Assembly (NCBI GenBank): GCA_951406725.2
Contig: OX597817.1
Location: 5,580,001-5,644,000 of the forward strand
Length of the DNA: 64,000 nt
DNA from: Octopus vulgaris
Lineage: Eukaryota
Reading direction: 5' to 3'
The notes below the pieces were generated by a model. The model worked only from the letters and a program-made list of their open reading frames with translations, was not told the origin of the DNA and made no database searches. Positions 1-12,594 of the stretch are shown one piece after another. The first letter of the stretch is position 1. Each line of letters begins with the position of its first letter. The position numbers and the translations under genes are program-made.

Positions 1-175
1 GAAGGAGCCAGTCGATTAGATTAACCCCAGTACGCAACTAGTACTTAATTTGTCAACCCCGAAAGGATGAAAGGCAAAGTCGACCTCGGCGGAATTTGAA
101 CTCAGAACGTAACGGCAGATGAAATACGGCTACGCATTTCGCCCGGCGTGCTAACGTTTCTTCCAGCTCGCCGCC
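1..175 (-). mobile_element. tRNA-headed SINE family 1 (3' end runs off window)
   Basis: Reverse complement of GGCGGCGAGCTGG..GAGTTCAAATTCC (A/B boxes) plus body GCCTTTCATCCTTTCGGGGT; same family recurs more than 15 times in the window. Confidence 0.9.
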
Positions 176-1517
176 TTAGAAACACTAAATATTCCATTAC
201 CTATGGATACCCTGATGAATGTAGCTTTACGGTGAAAGCCTCATCTACCTGGTGCACCCATTCGGAAGTTGGGGAGTAAAAGTTTTGTTTACGTTGAGTG
301 GCCTTGTTTTAACACGGAATCTGGATTGTCTTTTTGGCGCCTAAAAAGTAACGAAAGATATGAAACAAAACTCCAGCCCCGGTAAAGAAAATCAAATCAA
401 ATCACGAACTCTGAATCACCAAGCAAAAATAAGAAAATATAAAAGTAACAACAAATACATGAACGAAACTTTAGTACTGGTGGATCTTTATAATCACTAT
501 GTAGTACTTTTGTAGCTTTAACTTAACCGAGCAGGTGTAGCTAATCGGTTGGACTACGGTATGCGATTTCCAAATAAATGTCTCTTTGTAACTAAGGTTC
601 ATATTGCATTATCCAGTCGACAGAGGTTAATCGCACAGAGTACCGAGTGACAGTCTCGACTTATGCTGTTAATGTCAGTGTGATTGAATGTCACAGCGGA
701 GGCGAGGAAAAATGATTCGGTCAAAGTGCGATAGTTACTGTTTCTATACATTTATTATAGGTCGTGTGCATCCCAGCACACTGAGATTCATAATGTTATT
801 GATGCTCTTGATATCTTTGGGTTTTCATGTTTGTCTGGAGTGAGGAATAAGAATAATAAGTTTAGGTTGGTGTTTTAGTGAGTTTATAGTTGTGTAGTGG
901 CAGGAAAGGTACAAGTTAAAAATTGTGGACTCATGCATGAACAAATGTCCTTTATTATTTTTTTTTATTGTTATCAGTTTTGCTTTTGAAAGTGGAGATG
1001 GCCATATTTTTGTCAGTGTTGTGTAGTTTCATATCAACCCCAAATAGACTATATCGAGCAATAAGTAATGGGGACAATCGACCGAGTACGATTCACAGAC
1101 CCAGTATTTCAAATATGCCATGCATCCGCTTTGCTGAGGATCATATTGTGCAATCCTATATGCAGACTTTTGTTGCTGTTGTCGAAGCTGTTGTGTTGTA
1201 CCATTCTTGCTGTTAGCATTTCCAAATATAGCTTAACAATATTCATATGATGTGGAGGAGGATCATGATAATACAGCTCATTTCAAATGTAAAGAGAAAT
1301 GTGTGTGTGTGTATGTAAAAATGAAGCGTTTTTTAAAGGTGTAATTCGAATTACCTTAAAGTTATGACTAATAGCGTGTAAATAAATGTTGCATTAAAAA
1401 AACCGTTAGATGGTAAAAGTATTTTAACACAAAACTCACACGCTGATTATTTATAGTTCTAACTAATTCAAGTTAAAAACGATTTATTTTATGCCCTTCG
1501 AAATTTCAAAATGCTTA

Positions 1518-1582
<65 letters not shown>

Positions 1583-1725
1583 AAATGGATAAATGAATTA
1601 TCTTGTTACGGATTATTCAAATTATAACCGATACCTGGGTAGCAAAAATCACAACAGAAAAATCACGGTTGAGGTTACGACCATGGGGTATCGCAACCGT
1701 GCCTTAGTGCGGATAATTGAAGTTT

Positions 1726-1893
1726 TATATATTTAGTGAGGGAACAAATGGAGCTGAACGAAGATTTTACAAAATTCCTTTTTATTATTTTCTACATATG
1801 TTTCAAAGGGAATTTGCAGCCTTTGAAACATATGTAGAAAATAATAAAAAGGAATTTTGTAAAATCTTCGTTCAGCTCCATTTCTTCCCTCAC

Positions 1894-1903
<10 letters not shown>
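1726..1903. repeat. Near-perfect palindrome (arms about 80 bp, loop about 10 nt) flanked by (TA)n
   Basis: TTAGTGAGGGAACAAATGGAGCTGAACGAAGATTTTACAAAATTCC...TTTCAAAGG mirrored by CCTTTGAAA...GGAATTTTGTAAAATCTTCGTTCAGCTCCATTTCTTCCCTCACTAA. Confidence 0.9.
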
Positions 1904-1931
<28 letters not shown>

Positions 1932-1950
1932 AATATATATATATATATAC

Positions 1951-2137
1951 ATAAATATAAATTAAATTAGAGATAAAACCACTATTAGGCAACTCAAACA
2001 GTAATAGACATAAACCAATACATAAATAACAAAAAATATAAATATAATTAATATTTGTTTTTTTATGTTTTGGTTTATGTCTATCACTGTTTGAGTTGCC
2101 TAATAGTGGTTTTATCTCTAATTTAATTTATATTTAT
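1951..2137. repeat. Inverted repeat (arms about 65-75 bp) following a (TA)n tract
   Basis: ATAAATATAAATTAAATTAGAGATAAAACCACTATTAGGCAACTCAAACAGT vs ACTGTTTGAGTTGCCTAATAGTGGTTTTATCTCTAATTTAATTTATATTTAT. Confidence 0.9.
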
Positions 2138-2207
2138 ACTGTGAAATTTGCTTTAATCCTAAATTTAATTTTTCCCTGTAAGTTTGAATATACTCCCTAA
2201 TATTAAT

Positions 2208-2252
<45 letters not shown>

Positions 2253-2864
2253 CACACACAGTGTTCACGCAACAAACACACTGGCTATAGCATACACAAA
2301 GATATTCAGGCACTGTTGGTATCCTAATATGCCTCAGTCATTCATCAATTTACTATTGGTAAATGATATTTTCATGTATAATTTATGCCTTCCCTTCCTC
2401 CTCTCTGTTAGTATTTCTCTCTCTCTATCTCTCTCCGTCTCCCACGCAAATACTAAAAAACCCATACATTTGATACACGAAGTACATATTTTTCTATCAT
2501 ATAATTTCCATATATTCCTATCTGTACGTCTATCTAATATCCATCTTTCATTCACAGCTGTTATTATGTTACGTTGTCATCCCCCACACAATTTTGTTAT
2601 CAGGGACACCACGTCTGCATTCCACTTGGCTCTCTTTCAACATTCCAATTTCTTTGGAACTTCTGATACCAGAACTCGTCTTCATTCATTAGATTTTTTT
2701 CCCTCCCTATCTTGGACCTCCGTCACGACGCCCTATTCCAAGCGTATGTGAAGTTTTAAATGCGAATCGCGAAACTTTTTAGAAAGACAAGACTGCTTAG
2801 TATAGGTCAGTATGATTAAGAAAAAAATATTTTAAAAAATGGAGTTAGCAACTTTTTCTGTCAA

Positions 2865-3250
2865 TCTGTATATATAAAGCTGAAGTTGTCTGTGTGTGGC
2901 AGGTTTGGTAGCCTTCAACTAACACTATCTTCTTCGTGACCCTGCAGCGCAAGTTGACCAAAATTGAGAGTATGATAGAAGGAGGCTTGCTCTTCATTCC
3001 GTAGAAGATAAAATTCAAATCAGACCATGGTAATACCAAAAATTTACATCAAAAAGGTGCTTTTTTTCTATGAAAATCCCTATTTTTACGATTTTTTTGA
3101 CTGCTGTGTCGCCATTTTTCGGTGTATTTCAACCAGAAAAATGTTCACTTAAAGAGAATAACAAGCTACATAATGCAACATTTTTCTTTTCATAAATTCC
3201 AATTCTAAAGGGTCGAAACAAACCCGAGCAACGCCGGGCGATACTGCTAG
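2865..3250 (+). mobile_element. Non-autonomous Helitron
   Basis: A|TC 5' end (TCTGTATATATAAAG), 3' GC-rich hairpin CCCGAGCAACGCCGGG then CTAG|T; identical 3' end at 53866-53896. Confidence 0.8.
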
Positions 3251-4026
3251 TATATGATAATCACGAAACAGAACTTCGATCGTTATAAGTTTCTGTTTAG
3301 ATTTCTCCTACTCTGATCGAACAGCCATATGATCAATAGCATTAGTCATGACCATTCTGTCTTTTATACGAGGTAACTAAGGTGACGTTATCTATTATGT
3401 CCTTCACTTTTTTTTTTTTAAGATGGCTAAGTGTGATTTAAGAATGATTTCACTTTTGCTTCTAGCAGGTCGAACCACCATCTTAAAGCTTCAATATTGA
3501 TTCATCTAAGCTCTAAATACGCACCGCATGAGTTGTAAGTTGTCACTGTATGAGAGCAAGCAGCACTGGGGAAAGGAAAACTGTTTGGACGGCTGGTGGT
3601 GTCTGCACATTATTGAGTTCAGATTCTCGTGCACGAAAAGTCATAGTGTGCAAGGGAACGATTAACTCTTGGACTATTTTGATGAAAGCCATCATCATCA
3701 AAGATAAAACCTTGTGGAATATAAAAGAGAGAACAACAGTTTATACATCTATTATTAATGAATCGGTAGAAGCAGTATTCGTAAATCTTACAGTCCCCAC
3801 TAGAAGTGCAAAATCCTGTGGGTTATGTCCAGGATGTGGTCGAGATACAAAGCGACAGTTTATATTCAAACCGAAAAATATTTTCCCCGTAATTTTCTCT
3901 TTGACTTTTTATATTTGAAGAATATATGAGCGAAACGTAATGTACTACCTTTTATTCATCCCATTCTTCATTGAACGTCAAACTAATAACATTGACTGCT
4001 AACGTCTCTTAATATATTCTTAGCCT

Positions 4027-4425
4027 TAAGGCGGCGAGCTGGCAGAAACGTTAGCACGCCGGGCGAAATGCTTTGCGGTATTTCGTCTGCCTTTACGTTC
4101 TGAGTTCAAATTTCGCCGAGGTCGACTTTGCCTTTCATCCTTTCGGGGTCGATAAATTCAGTATCAGTTACGCACTAGGGTCGATATAATCGACTTAATC
4201 TATTTGTCTGTCCTTATTTGTCCTCTCTGTGTTTAGCCCCTTGTGGGTAGTAAAGAAATAGGTATTTCGTCTGCCGCTACGTTGTGAGTTCAAATTCCGC
4301 CGAGGTCGATTTTGCCTTTCATCCTTTCGGGGTTGATAAATTAAGTACCAGTTACTTATTGGGGTCGATCTAATCGACTGGCTTCCTCCCCCAAAATTTC
4401 GGGCCTTGTGCCTATAGTAGAAAAG
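4027..4425 (+). mobile_element. SINE family 1 dimer (two different tails)
   Basis: Full unit, then AAAGAAATA|GGTATTTCG junction at 4260/4261, then a second unit; 16-bp TSD AATATATTCTTAGCCT at 4011-4026 and 4426-4441. Confidence 0.9.
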
Positions 4426-4837
4426 AATATATTCTTAGCCTCTCGAGTTTATTTAGATTTAGCTTTAACAATTTTAAATATTATCAGATTAAATTGTTCG
4501 CCAGTTATATTTTCCGCATATCACCGATGTTTTCTGATGACCCTTGTTCATGAGCTTGATGATGATATTAAGCTTCGGAGCCGTCTGCATCGAGCTCTGA
4601 TTAATGGGCAATAAATACTGCGGCCCCCCTCCAGCATTCATTGCACTAATTTATACTACTACTACTAATCCTTTCTACTATATTATATCATCTAGTACAT
4701 ACTAAGACAGCACTCTATAGTTCACAGATGTGAACGTAAATTTCTGAAGCAGTGAAACCAATGCTAGATAAGCAACGGAATGTAACATTTGTTAATACAA
4801 TGAAACCCCAATTACTTGTGTTATTATACACTAAGAT

Positions 4838-5060
4838 GCATGACTCGGTGGTTAGAGCGTCGGGATCACAATCGCGAGGCAATGAGTTCGATTCCCGATT
4901 TAGGCTGAGTGTTGTGTTCTTGAGCAAGACTTCATTTCACGTTGCTCCAGTTCACTCCACTGTAGAAGTGAGTTGCGATGTCACTGGTGCCAAGCTGTAT
5001 TGGCTTTTGGCTTTCCTTTGGATAACATCGGTGGCGTGGAAAGGGAAGGCTGTTATGCAT
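4838..5060 (+). mobile_element. tRNA-headed SINE family 2 (V-SINE-like body)
   Basis: A box ..CGGTGGTTAGAGCG, B box GAGTTCGATTCC, body GTGTTCTTGAGCAAGAC..TTTCACGTTGCTCCAGTTCACTC shared with 7357-7602 and 29470-29782. Confidence 0.75.
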
Positions 5061-5596
5061 GAGTTCGGACTTGTGCCTTGGAAGGGAACTCTCTGGATGC
5101 TTCCCACGATCAGTCGTAACCGAAGGAGGTCGAAGCAAGCTTGTGTAATAGGGGAGACTGCATACGAGTCCGCGGAACATGAAGGTGTAATCTTACTTGA
5201 TAGGATTGTTATTAGCTTCTGTATATCACTAACTGATGAATGCTCCCGTGTAATTTCAATTTCTAAAATTGTTAGTTACTTGCAAGAAAGTGCATTGCAG
5301 AAAAAATGAAAGATAGTTTATACCAGCATTGGAACTAAAGATTATTAAAGTTGCCAAAAAGACATAGTTTTGTAACAACAAACGAATTTGGTGTTTCAGA
5401 GAAACTTGACTGTAAGAAATGGTATCAAACAAACTTTAGTCCTTTCGGTAAAAGCAATAAACGAAGACAATGCAGTATCAGAGATGAGTGAAAGTGGTCA
5501 GAACTAAAAAATAAATACACCGAATGGGTTCAATAGAAAAAAAAAGTGTAACTTTGGAGCGATACGCAAAATGAATCAAAGAAGAGAAGAATTCTG

Positions 5597-6015
5597 GGAT
5601 CTTTCGGTTTGAACGGCAGTTTTTTCTAGCGATGTCATATGAAATTGTCACCCATAATTATGACCCTAGTATCGATCTATTGCATTTCAATGTACTTTAG
5701 GGTTAGGGTTGGTTAGGGGTGGGGGAAGGGTATCTTTTTTTCTTTAGAAATGTAAATAAACCCAATCTGTTTCTTAAACGAGGGATATTTTCATACGGCA
5801 CAGAATGTTTTCATCTCAATAGACAGTCATTGATTGGTTGAAATTGCAAAAATTGAAGAAAAACAACAACAAATATCTTACAAACTATAGAATTTTCTCA
5901 ATAAAACCAAGAGAAAAAGATGTTTTATAAACACATTCTACCAGTATACGAAGTTTAAAATTTTTTAGTTACCTAGAAATTATGTTAAAAACTGCCGTTC
6001 AAACCGAAAAGATCC
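5597..6015. mobile_element. MITE with about 27-bp TIRs, Merlin-like
   Basis: TIR GGATCTTTCGGTTTGAACGGCAGTTTT / AAAACTGCCGTTCAAACCGAAAAGATCC; 8-bp TSD GAATTCTG / GAATTGTG; GG termini. Confidence 0.8.
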
Positions 6016-6946
6016 GAATTGTGGATGTTAAGACAATAGTCAGATGGCGCACTGAGGGTGCACTGTGTTCACGAGGCGACATGATTTCATATTTTGGCAG
6101 AGAACGAAAACTGCACACAAACTGCCAGTTGATCAAGCTAAGATGAAAAGCAGTGTAATTTTGCAGGATTTTATGAACTTTTATAAATTGAAATTTAAAG
6201 CCAGATTAAATTTCTATTTCTGTTTTCTATGCATCAATACATTCTGTTTTCTGTACATAAATATAACTAAAGGATTCATTTACTGTGTTTAATATTTATA
6301 GTTTTTAAACTGTTTTGAATTAATGAATATTTAAAAGGCATCAGCTAATATGCAGTAATTTATGAGTGACTTCAACAAAGGTAGTAAAATCTTATGAGCT
6401 AAAGCGCCATTTTTAAAACATTATCATGATTTGGGATTTGATATCAATGTAAAATATTTATTATTGCAGAAATTCCTAAGGCGACGAGGTGACAGAATCG
6501 TAAATAGGCTGGACAGAATGCTTTACAGCATTACTTCCGACTTTGTGTCTTGGATTTATATTCCACAGAGTTCGATTTTACCTTCCATTCTCTCGAGATC
6601 GATAGAATAAGTACCAGCTGAGCATTGGGGTCGATGTAATCGACTACCCTCTCTTCTGCAATTTCAGGCCTCGTGCCTATTGTAGAAAGAATTATTACAA
6701 CAATTCATTAGGGTGATTGTTAAACAGTGGAACAAAATTCCTAGTGGCATTCTTTATAAGCTATTTATTGTTTTCAAATCCCTCCTTTTCCTTTTATCGC
6801 TCCATCCATTTAGCTGACCAAGTCTTTTCTCTATATTTAAGGCCTAATGATTATGATAGACATAATTATTACTATAACTCATTTTTGGCGTTTTTATTCA
6901 CTTAGCAGAACATTTGGGGTTCTGTTCTTCGTACAGTATTTTAGAT

Positions 6947-7248
6947 CAGTGGTTATCAAAGTGGGCGATTGCACATCCCCTGGGGGCGATGGAAAGTTCC
7001 AAAGGGACGTTGAAAAAAAGTGGGGCAATAATGGGGTAGCGATTTATTTAAAAAGTGGGGCGATAATAGGGTAGCAATTCATGAAAAGCAACAAAATAAT
7101 GGGTTCATTAGATTAAGTTTTATTTGTGAAATATAGTTGCTTTGAATTTGATTCAGAAAGAGGTCTATGTTTGTGATAGTTAGTTGGGGTAGCGGAGCTA
7201 GGAATGTGGTCTGGGTGTCAAGGGGCCTGAAACGTTTGAGAACCACTG
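6947..7248. mobile_element. Non-autonomous hAT (Charlie-type) element
   Basis: TIR CAGTGGTTATCAAA / TTTGAGAACCACTG; perfect 8-bp TSD TTTTAGAT at 6939-6946 and 7249-7256. Confidence 0.9.
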
Positions 7249-7356
7249 TTTTAGATTGTACTGTACATGAAATTTTAGTTCCTCAGATGTAGAATCTTTG
7301 ATAATAGTCGATTAGAATCGTGACCAAAAATCGCTTATACACAATATTTATTTTTG

Positions 7357-7602
7357 CGCCCTTTTAAAGCCTAGCCAGGCTCATGGGCCCGGTTTCCCGG
7401 TTTCTATGGCGTATGTGTTCCCCAGCTGGACGAGACGCCAGTCCATCACAGCGTTACCCATTTTTACCAGCTGAGTGGACTGGAGCAACCTGAAATGAAG
7501 TGTTTTGCTCAAGAACACAACGCGTCGTCCGGTCCAGGAATCGAAACCACAATCTTACGATCATGATGCTGACGTCCTAACCACTAAGCCACGCGCTTCC
7601 AC
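7357..7602 (-). mobile_element. tRNA-headed SINE family 2
   Basis: Reverse complement of a GGAAGCGCGTGGCTTAGTGGTTAGG..GGTTTCGATTCCTGG head and TGTTCTTGAGCAAAACAC..GCTCCAGTCCACTCAGCTG body. Confidence 0.8.
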
Positions 7603-10006
7603 TTATACACGATAAAACGTATTCAAACTGAGTTCGTGTGAGTCGGTCATCGAAGATTTTGGTTGTCTTTTTGCAGGAAGAATAAAAGCGACATATTCAT
7701 GTAACGACTCGCATGAACTTGATTTTGATTGAATGTTATACAGTTCCATTCAGCAATATTGAATATTGTCTTCGCTTTATTATACTCCTGTGTGAACGCA
7801 TCACCATAATCTTCATCTTGTCACACACACACACACACGCACACACTCATACGCACTGCTCTATAGCTTCCGTCTACCAAATTTCACTCGCAAAGTATTC
7901 GTAAAATCAAGATGATGGTAGAAGACGTTTACCTAAAACGTAGCTCCGAAACATGAACTCGAAACCTCCATCGTCATGTCAAGTGCTGTAGATCAATTGT
8001 TACACGTTGGTCTAATTGATATCGCATACTGTATAGCTTACTTCACTTATTTTATGAAGCAGTTTGTGAAAAACAGCGTCGGTGGATTCAAGATTCCTTG
8101 AGGCAATTCCTGAAAAGGAATTTGTTCAAGCAGAATCGAGATGTCACCAATGCTTTCAGCCTTCGACGTTATCTGTCGGCTAATCTTGCCCAAACATGGC
8201 TCTGTGATTAAGATTGTTAAGCAACCGCATGGTTCGGGGTTCAGATCTCACTGCGTTTTTGAGCAGGTATCTCTGTAAAGATTTCTGTAATATGATCATC
8301 TTTTTTCAAGCCTTAAGTTGATTCCTCTTCCCTTTCTTCTTTTTAGGTACAGTATATCTAGGATCACATTATCCAATGTATCGTTCATTTGTGAAAATAA
8401 TAGTTTGATTTGAGGGGCATTTGACTGTTATTTCAATCATATTACAACCTTGATGCTCCTTCGATAAGCTTAAAATATTGCTTATTTTTTGTGTTTTTAT
8501 AAAAATAAGTGTACCAGGATTTAGCTTACCTTTGATAATTTTTCTTTTAGGTTTTTCTGTTGTGGTGTGCATACTTGCTTTATTAAGATCGATGTACGTC
8601 TCCTTGTAGTCTCTCGTAAACAATTTTGACCTACATTAGGCTTAAATACATTTAAAGGGTTGTCTTTCTTGAATAATTATGAATAAGATGTTGATAGGAA
8701 GGCAATATAAGCGAATACTGTTTTCCATACTAGTAGTAGTAATTTAATTTTTTAAAAAAATCAGAAGACCCGTGTCACCTACACCCATACATTTTTTTAA
8801 ATGTGAAGTACACTTTGGATGATGTAGTTCTCGATGCAAACGGTTTAATAGTTATGGTTGGAAAGTTTCTGATTATAGGGACCCACCAATGCGGATCTAA
8901 GCTAAACTGTAACAATGAATGTGAAGTTATCAGTAGTGAAACTCTTCGACTTAAGAAAGAAGCGTTAAGAAATGAGAGAGAAAGATTGTGTGTGTGTGTG
9001 TATGATAAATTGAGGATTCGGTGAGAAAACGTGTTTTAGAAATCGTATATCCGTCTTAAACATGCATGCGTATTGTGCGAAACCCTGATAGTAATATTGT
9101 CGACAATTGCGATGATGTTTCTCTGAGACTGATGACGGCGATGATGATGATGAAGATGATAATATTTGATGAATTACCTATTTATTTACCAAAAATGTTT
9201 TAGTTAAAAACAACAGGGCACATCTTATTTTTGTCCATTAACATTCCTGAGCCTACTTAAGGCGCAGTAATGGCGTTTACTGGGGTTTCAGCAGTAAAGC
9301 ATATCGGAACGCTATAAAACTGATAAATTGCTGGGGATGGGTTAAACTGTGATAATGGTATGGTCGTGGAGGTGATGATGTAGTGTTAGTCGGGTAGATG
9401 GTGGTGGGGGTGGCGGTAGAACTTGATAGAATGTCATCAACTTGATTATGTGAAAGAGAAAATAAATAGCATTCTTGAATGTATTGAGACATACTGAAAG
9501 CGTGTGGGCGAGTGTGTGGGAATAGATGAATGATTGCGCGCGTGCGTACAGCATTTGTTGTTGTTGTTGTTGTTGTTCAACCCTAGGTCAGTCCTGATTA
9601 AGCTGATCTATGATGGAAGACAATGTAGACACTATCGCATTTTATTTCAGCAGTTGCATACTCACTGATTTAGTTTTGTTTTTGAGATGGTTAGGGGATA
9701 ATCTGGCTGATAATTCTCTGCAGATCATATCACGTTGGCTTGAGTGCGTATGTGTGTAAACGCAAACATCTATTCATTTGATATCAGCCCCTAATCATTT
9801 TGTATGAGTAACTATACTGTCAGTGAGCTCTTGTTTATTTAGGGCGGTAGAGTGTTATTTAAAGAAGATTTGACTGTTATATCCTGCTGGTCAAGTCGTA
9901 AGACTGAGTAAAAGCTTTCTTATTTAGTTTTATGCACACATGCAGACGTGTGCGTAATTGTTTGAACGCATGTATGTATTTGTGCGTGAGTTTCCTATTC
10001 ACTGCT

Positions 10007-10330
10007 CTTCGGCGGAATTTGAACTCAGAACGTAACGGCAGACGAAATACCGCTAAGCATTTCGCCCGGCGTGCCAATGTTTCTGCCAGCTCGCCTCCTT
10101 ACTAATAATATTAATGGTTTCAAACTGTGGCACAAGGTCAGTAATTTCGGAGGACGAGTTAAATTGATTACATAGACCTCAGCGTTCAACCGGTACTTAT
10201 TTTATGTACACAAAAAGGATGAAAAGCAAAGTCAGCCACAGCGGCATGTGAAGTCAGAACGCAAAGACGAGCAAAATGCCGCTAAGCATTTCGCTCAGGG
10301 TGCTAACAATTTTGCCAGTTCGCCATCTAA
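10007..10330 (-). mobile_element. Two SINE family 1 copies (one head fragment, one diverged)
   Basis: GGCGGAATTTGAACTCAGAACG..CCAGCTCGCC at 10010-10098; degenerate copy at about 10125-10325. Confidence 0.75.
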
Positions 10331-12151
10331 ATGATGATAATCCTTTCCACCATAAACACAAAGCCTGAAATTTTTGAGGAAACTAGAAATTAACAATTTC
10401 ATGGTGATAGTTTTGAGTTGTCTTTACGGAAATATATTCTGTGGAAAAGCTCTGGGTTTCTGCGAGATAGGGCTTTTGATAAATTTCAATAAAAATTTTT
10501 ATTGTCAGAAAACGAAACGCTATTCCACATTTTCAAAAATGCAATATAATTTGTTAGGGGTTGGATTGGCTAAATCCTCTTCTAAAAATATATACCAAAA
10601 TTTGAACCCATTATTATTAAAAATCCGAATCTTCTAGGCACACTATCTCCTAACATTCTCTACTCTTAATCTAACGAGCCCAAAGGGGAGAAGAAACTCG
10701 CCAGTACATCAGTTTTGTTTTCGTATCTTAAGTGGAATGACAGAAAGCGGCAAGTGAAGGAATTTCTATATTGATTACTCGATCTGGAAAATTTTCTACA
10801 TCGATTAGTGGAATTGGAATGAGAAAATAAAAGGACGACTTGTCATGCTTTCAAGGCCCAAACGTGTCACACCCTTAGTCCTTTAAAATATCACTCATGG
10901 TTATTGAGTTTTTTTAGGAATGGCTTTTTTTTTATATATTGGCAGTGAATTAGTTGCTTTTGATCAGAATGATCAATTCTGTCCATGAGCCAGATTAACT
11001 AAGATATTGTAAAAAAAAAAAAAAAAAGGTCTGTCACTAAATAGAAAAAAAAATGCCCAAAGTATGATATAATCGAACTTAGAATCTATTAGCAAGCCTT
11101 ATGATGACAGAATCTATCCGATTGTTTCATTGCCGCTGCGGCTATTACTCTCTCACTCGCGTTGCTTCAGGTTCAAACGTGTTGAAGCACACCTAAGATT
11201 AAAGGTATTGCAATTGTAACTGTTTTGACTGAGGTTTTTGGGAGCGGCTATCTACGACTACATTATCAGATATATAATATATCCATCCATCTATAAGACG
11301 GCAGAGCGTCATTTGGCTGCTATGTTTAGTGGTTTGATCAATCATATATGTATGTATAATCGTGTGTATTTATCTCCGCTGTTATGTATGTTACGTGGAT
11401 GTATGCAATCATGCACGTATATATACGCATATACAACCCAAACACACACAAGTGCCCGACTGTATCATCACAGCTGTCTAGTACAGCTGTATATATTCTA
11501 TAATTGAATGTAAAACGGTAAAATAAGCCCCCTTTCCAAAGAACGTAAATGGTAGGTACCCCCTCTCTCACAAAAGAATAAAAAAAAAGTTCCAAACGTG
11601 AAATTGATGTCAAGCTGAAAAGCAAAAGACTTAGATCACTCTTGGATGACCGTCAGTTATGCCACAACGAAAATAATATCTTGTGTTTGCTCCACATGGC
11701 TTCCAGTAAAGCCAGGGAATGGAATGCCAGAAAAGATTTTTGTGGTATAAAGCATCTCCTAAAATATGTGAGGCTTAGTGTTAGTATTTTCTTTGTATGT
11801 ATGTGTATACATACATACGATAGCACATTATATACGTATGTCGACGTGAAAGCGTACTAGAAACTTTCAACTAAATATGCAGCCCCGTTATATTCTCATC
11901 TATTCAGTTTTCTGGGTATTTTTTTTTTCCCGAAGGGACGGCGATAGAATGGCAGAGTGAGTGCTTTGCAGAGTTAATTATGTCCCAAGTTCAAATTCCG
12001 CTAACGTTGGCGTCATCCTCCCGTGTCCAATGACTTTTGTTCTTTAAGTATTGAAATCGTTACAATTGGCTACATGTTTCCCTATAACATTTTTCAACCT
12101 CCTTTATGATACAAGGAATCATTATAATACGCAAAGCACAGCTGTAAAATT

Positions 12152-12370
12152 CTTTTCTACTCTAGGCACAAGGCCCGAAGTTTTTTAGGGGAGGGGGGGG
12201 TCAATCGATTAGATCGACCCCAGTGCGCAACTGGTACTTATTTTATCGACGCCGAAAGGATGAAAGGCAAAGTCGACCTCGGCGGAATTTGAACTCAGAA
12301 TGTAAAGACAGACGAAATATCGTTAAATATTTCACCAGGCGTGCTAACGATTCTGCCAGCTCGCCGCCTT
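12152..12370 (-). mobile_element. SINE family 1, full length
   Basis: Complete head and body; 17-bp TSD AGCACAGCT(G/T)TAAAATT at 12135-12151 and 12371-12387. Confidence 0.9.
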
Positions 12371-12594
12371 AGCACAGCTTTAAAATTGTTGCTGCTACTT
12401 CGACATAGATCATTTTTGTTTGATCTTATAACCAAAGGCATTTCTTTCTCAGGGTAAATAACGCAGTATTGGTGCACTAACAATACATCCACGTTAATCT
12501 GGATATAAAGATTGTCATTTTATTTTTATTTTCATGATGGTGAAAATAATTCTCACTGTTAAGCTTTCTTTTAATCGACTCGTAAATCAATGTA

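Noticed and set aside
205-250. CTGATGA...GAAA hammerhead-like boxes on the + strand
   Set aside because: Stem II pairs poorly and no credible stem I or III can be formed
968-1216. ORF with IRFAEDHIV resembling the RT motif LRFADDIV
   Set aside because: Single short resemblance with no other RT motifs in frame
4752-5309. 185-aa ORF
   Set aside because: Runs through a SINE; no domain features
8320-8352. Polypyrimidine-TAG|GTACAG as a recursive site
   Set aside because: Weak donor, and it lies in a degenerate interspersed repeat seen elsewhere in the window
8369-8720. Possible Penelope RT remnant on the minus strand
   Set aside because: Only a faint LYCLP/KDNP resemblance across frameshifts; not supportable
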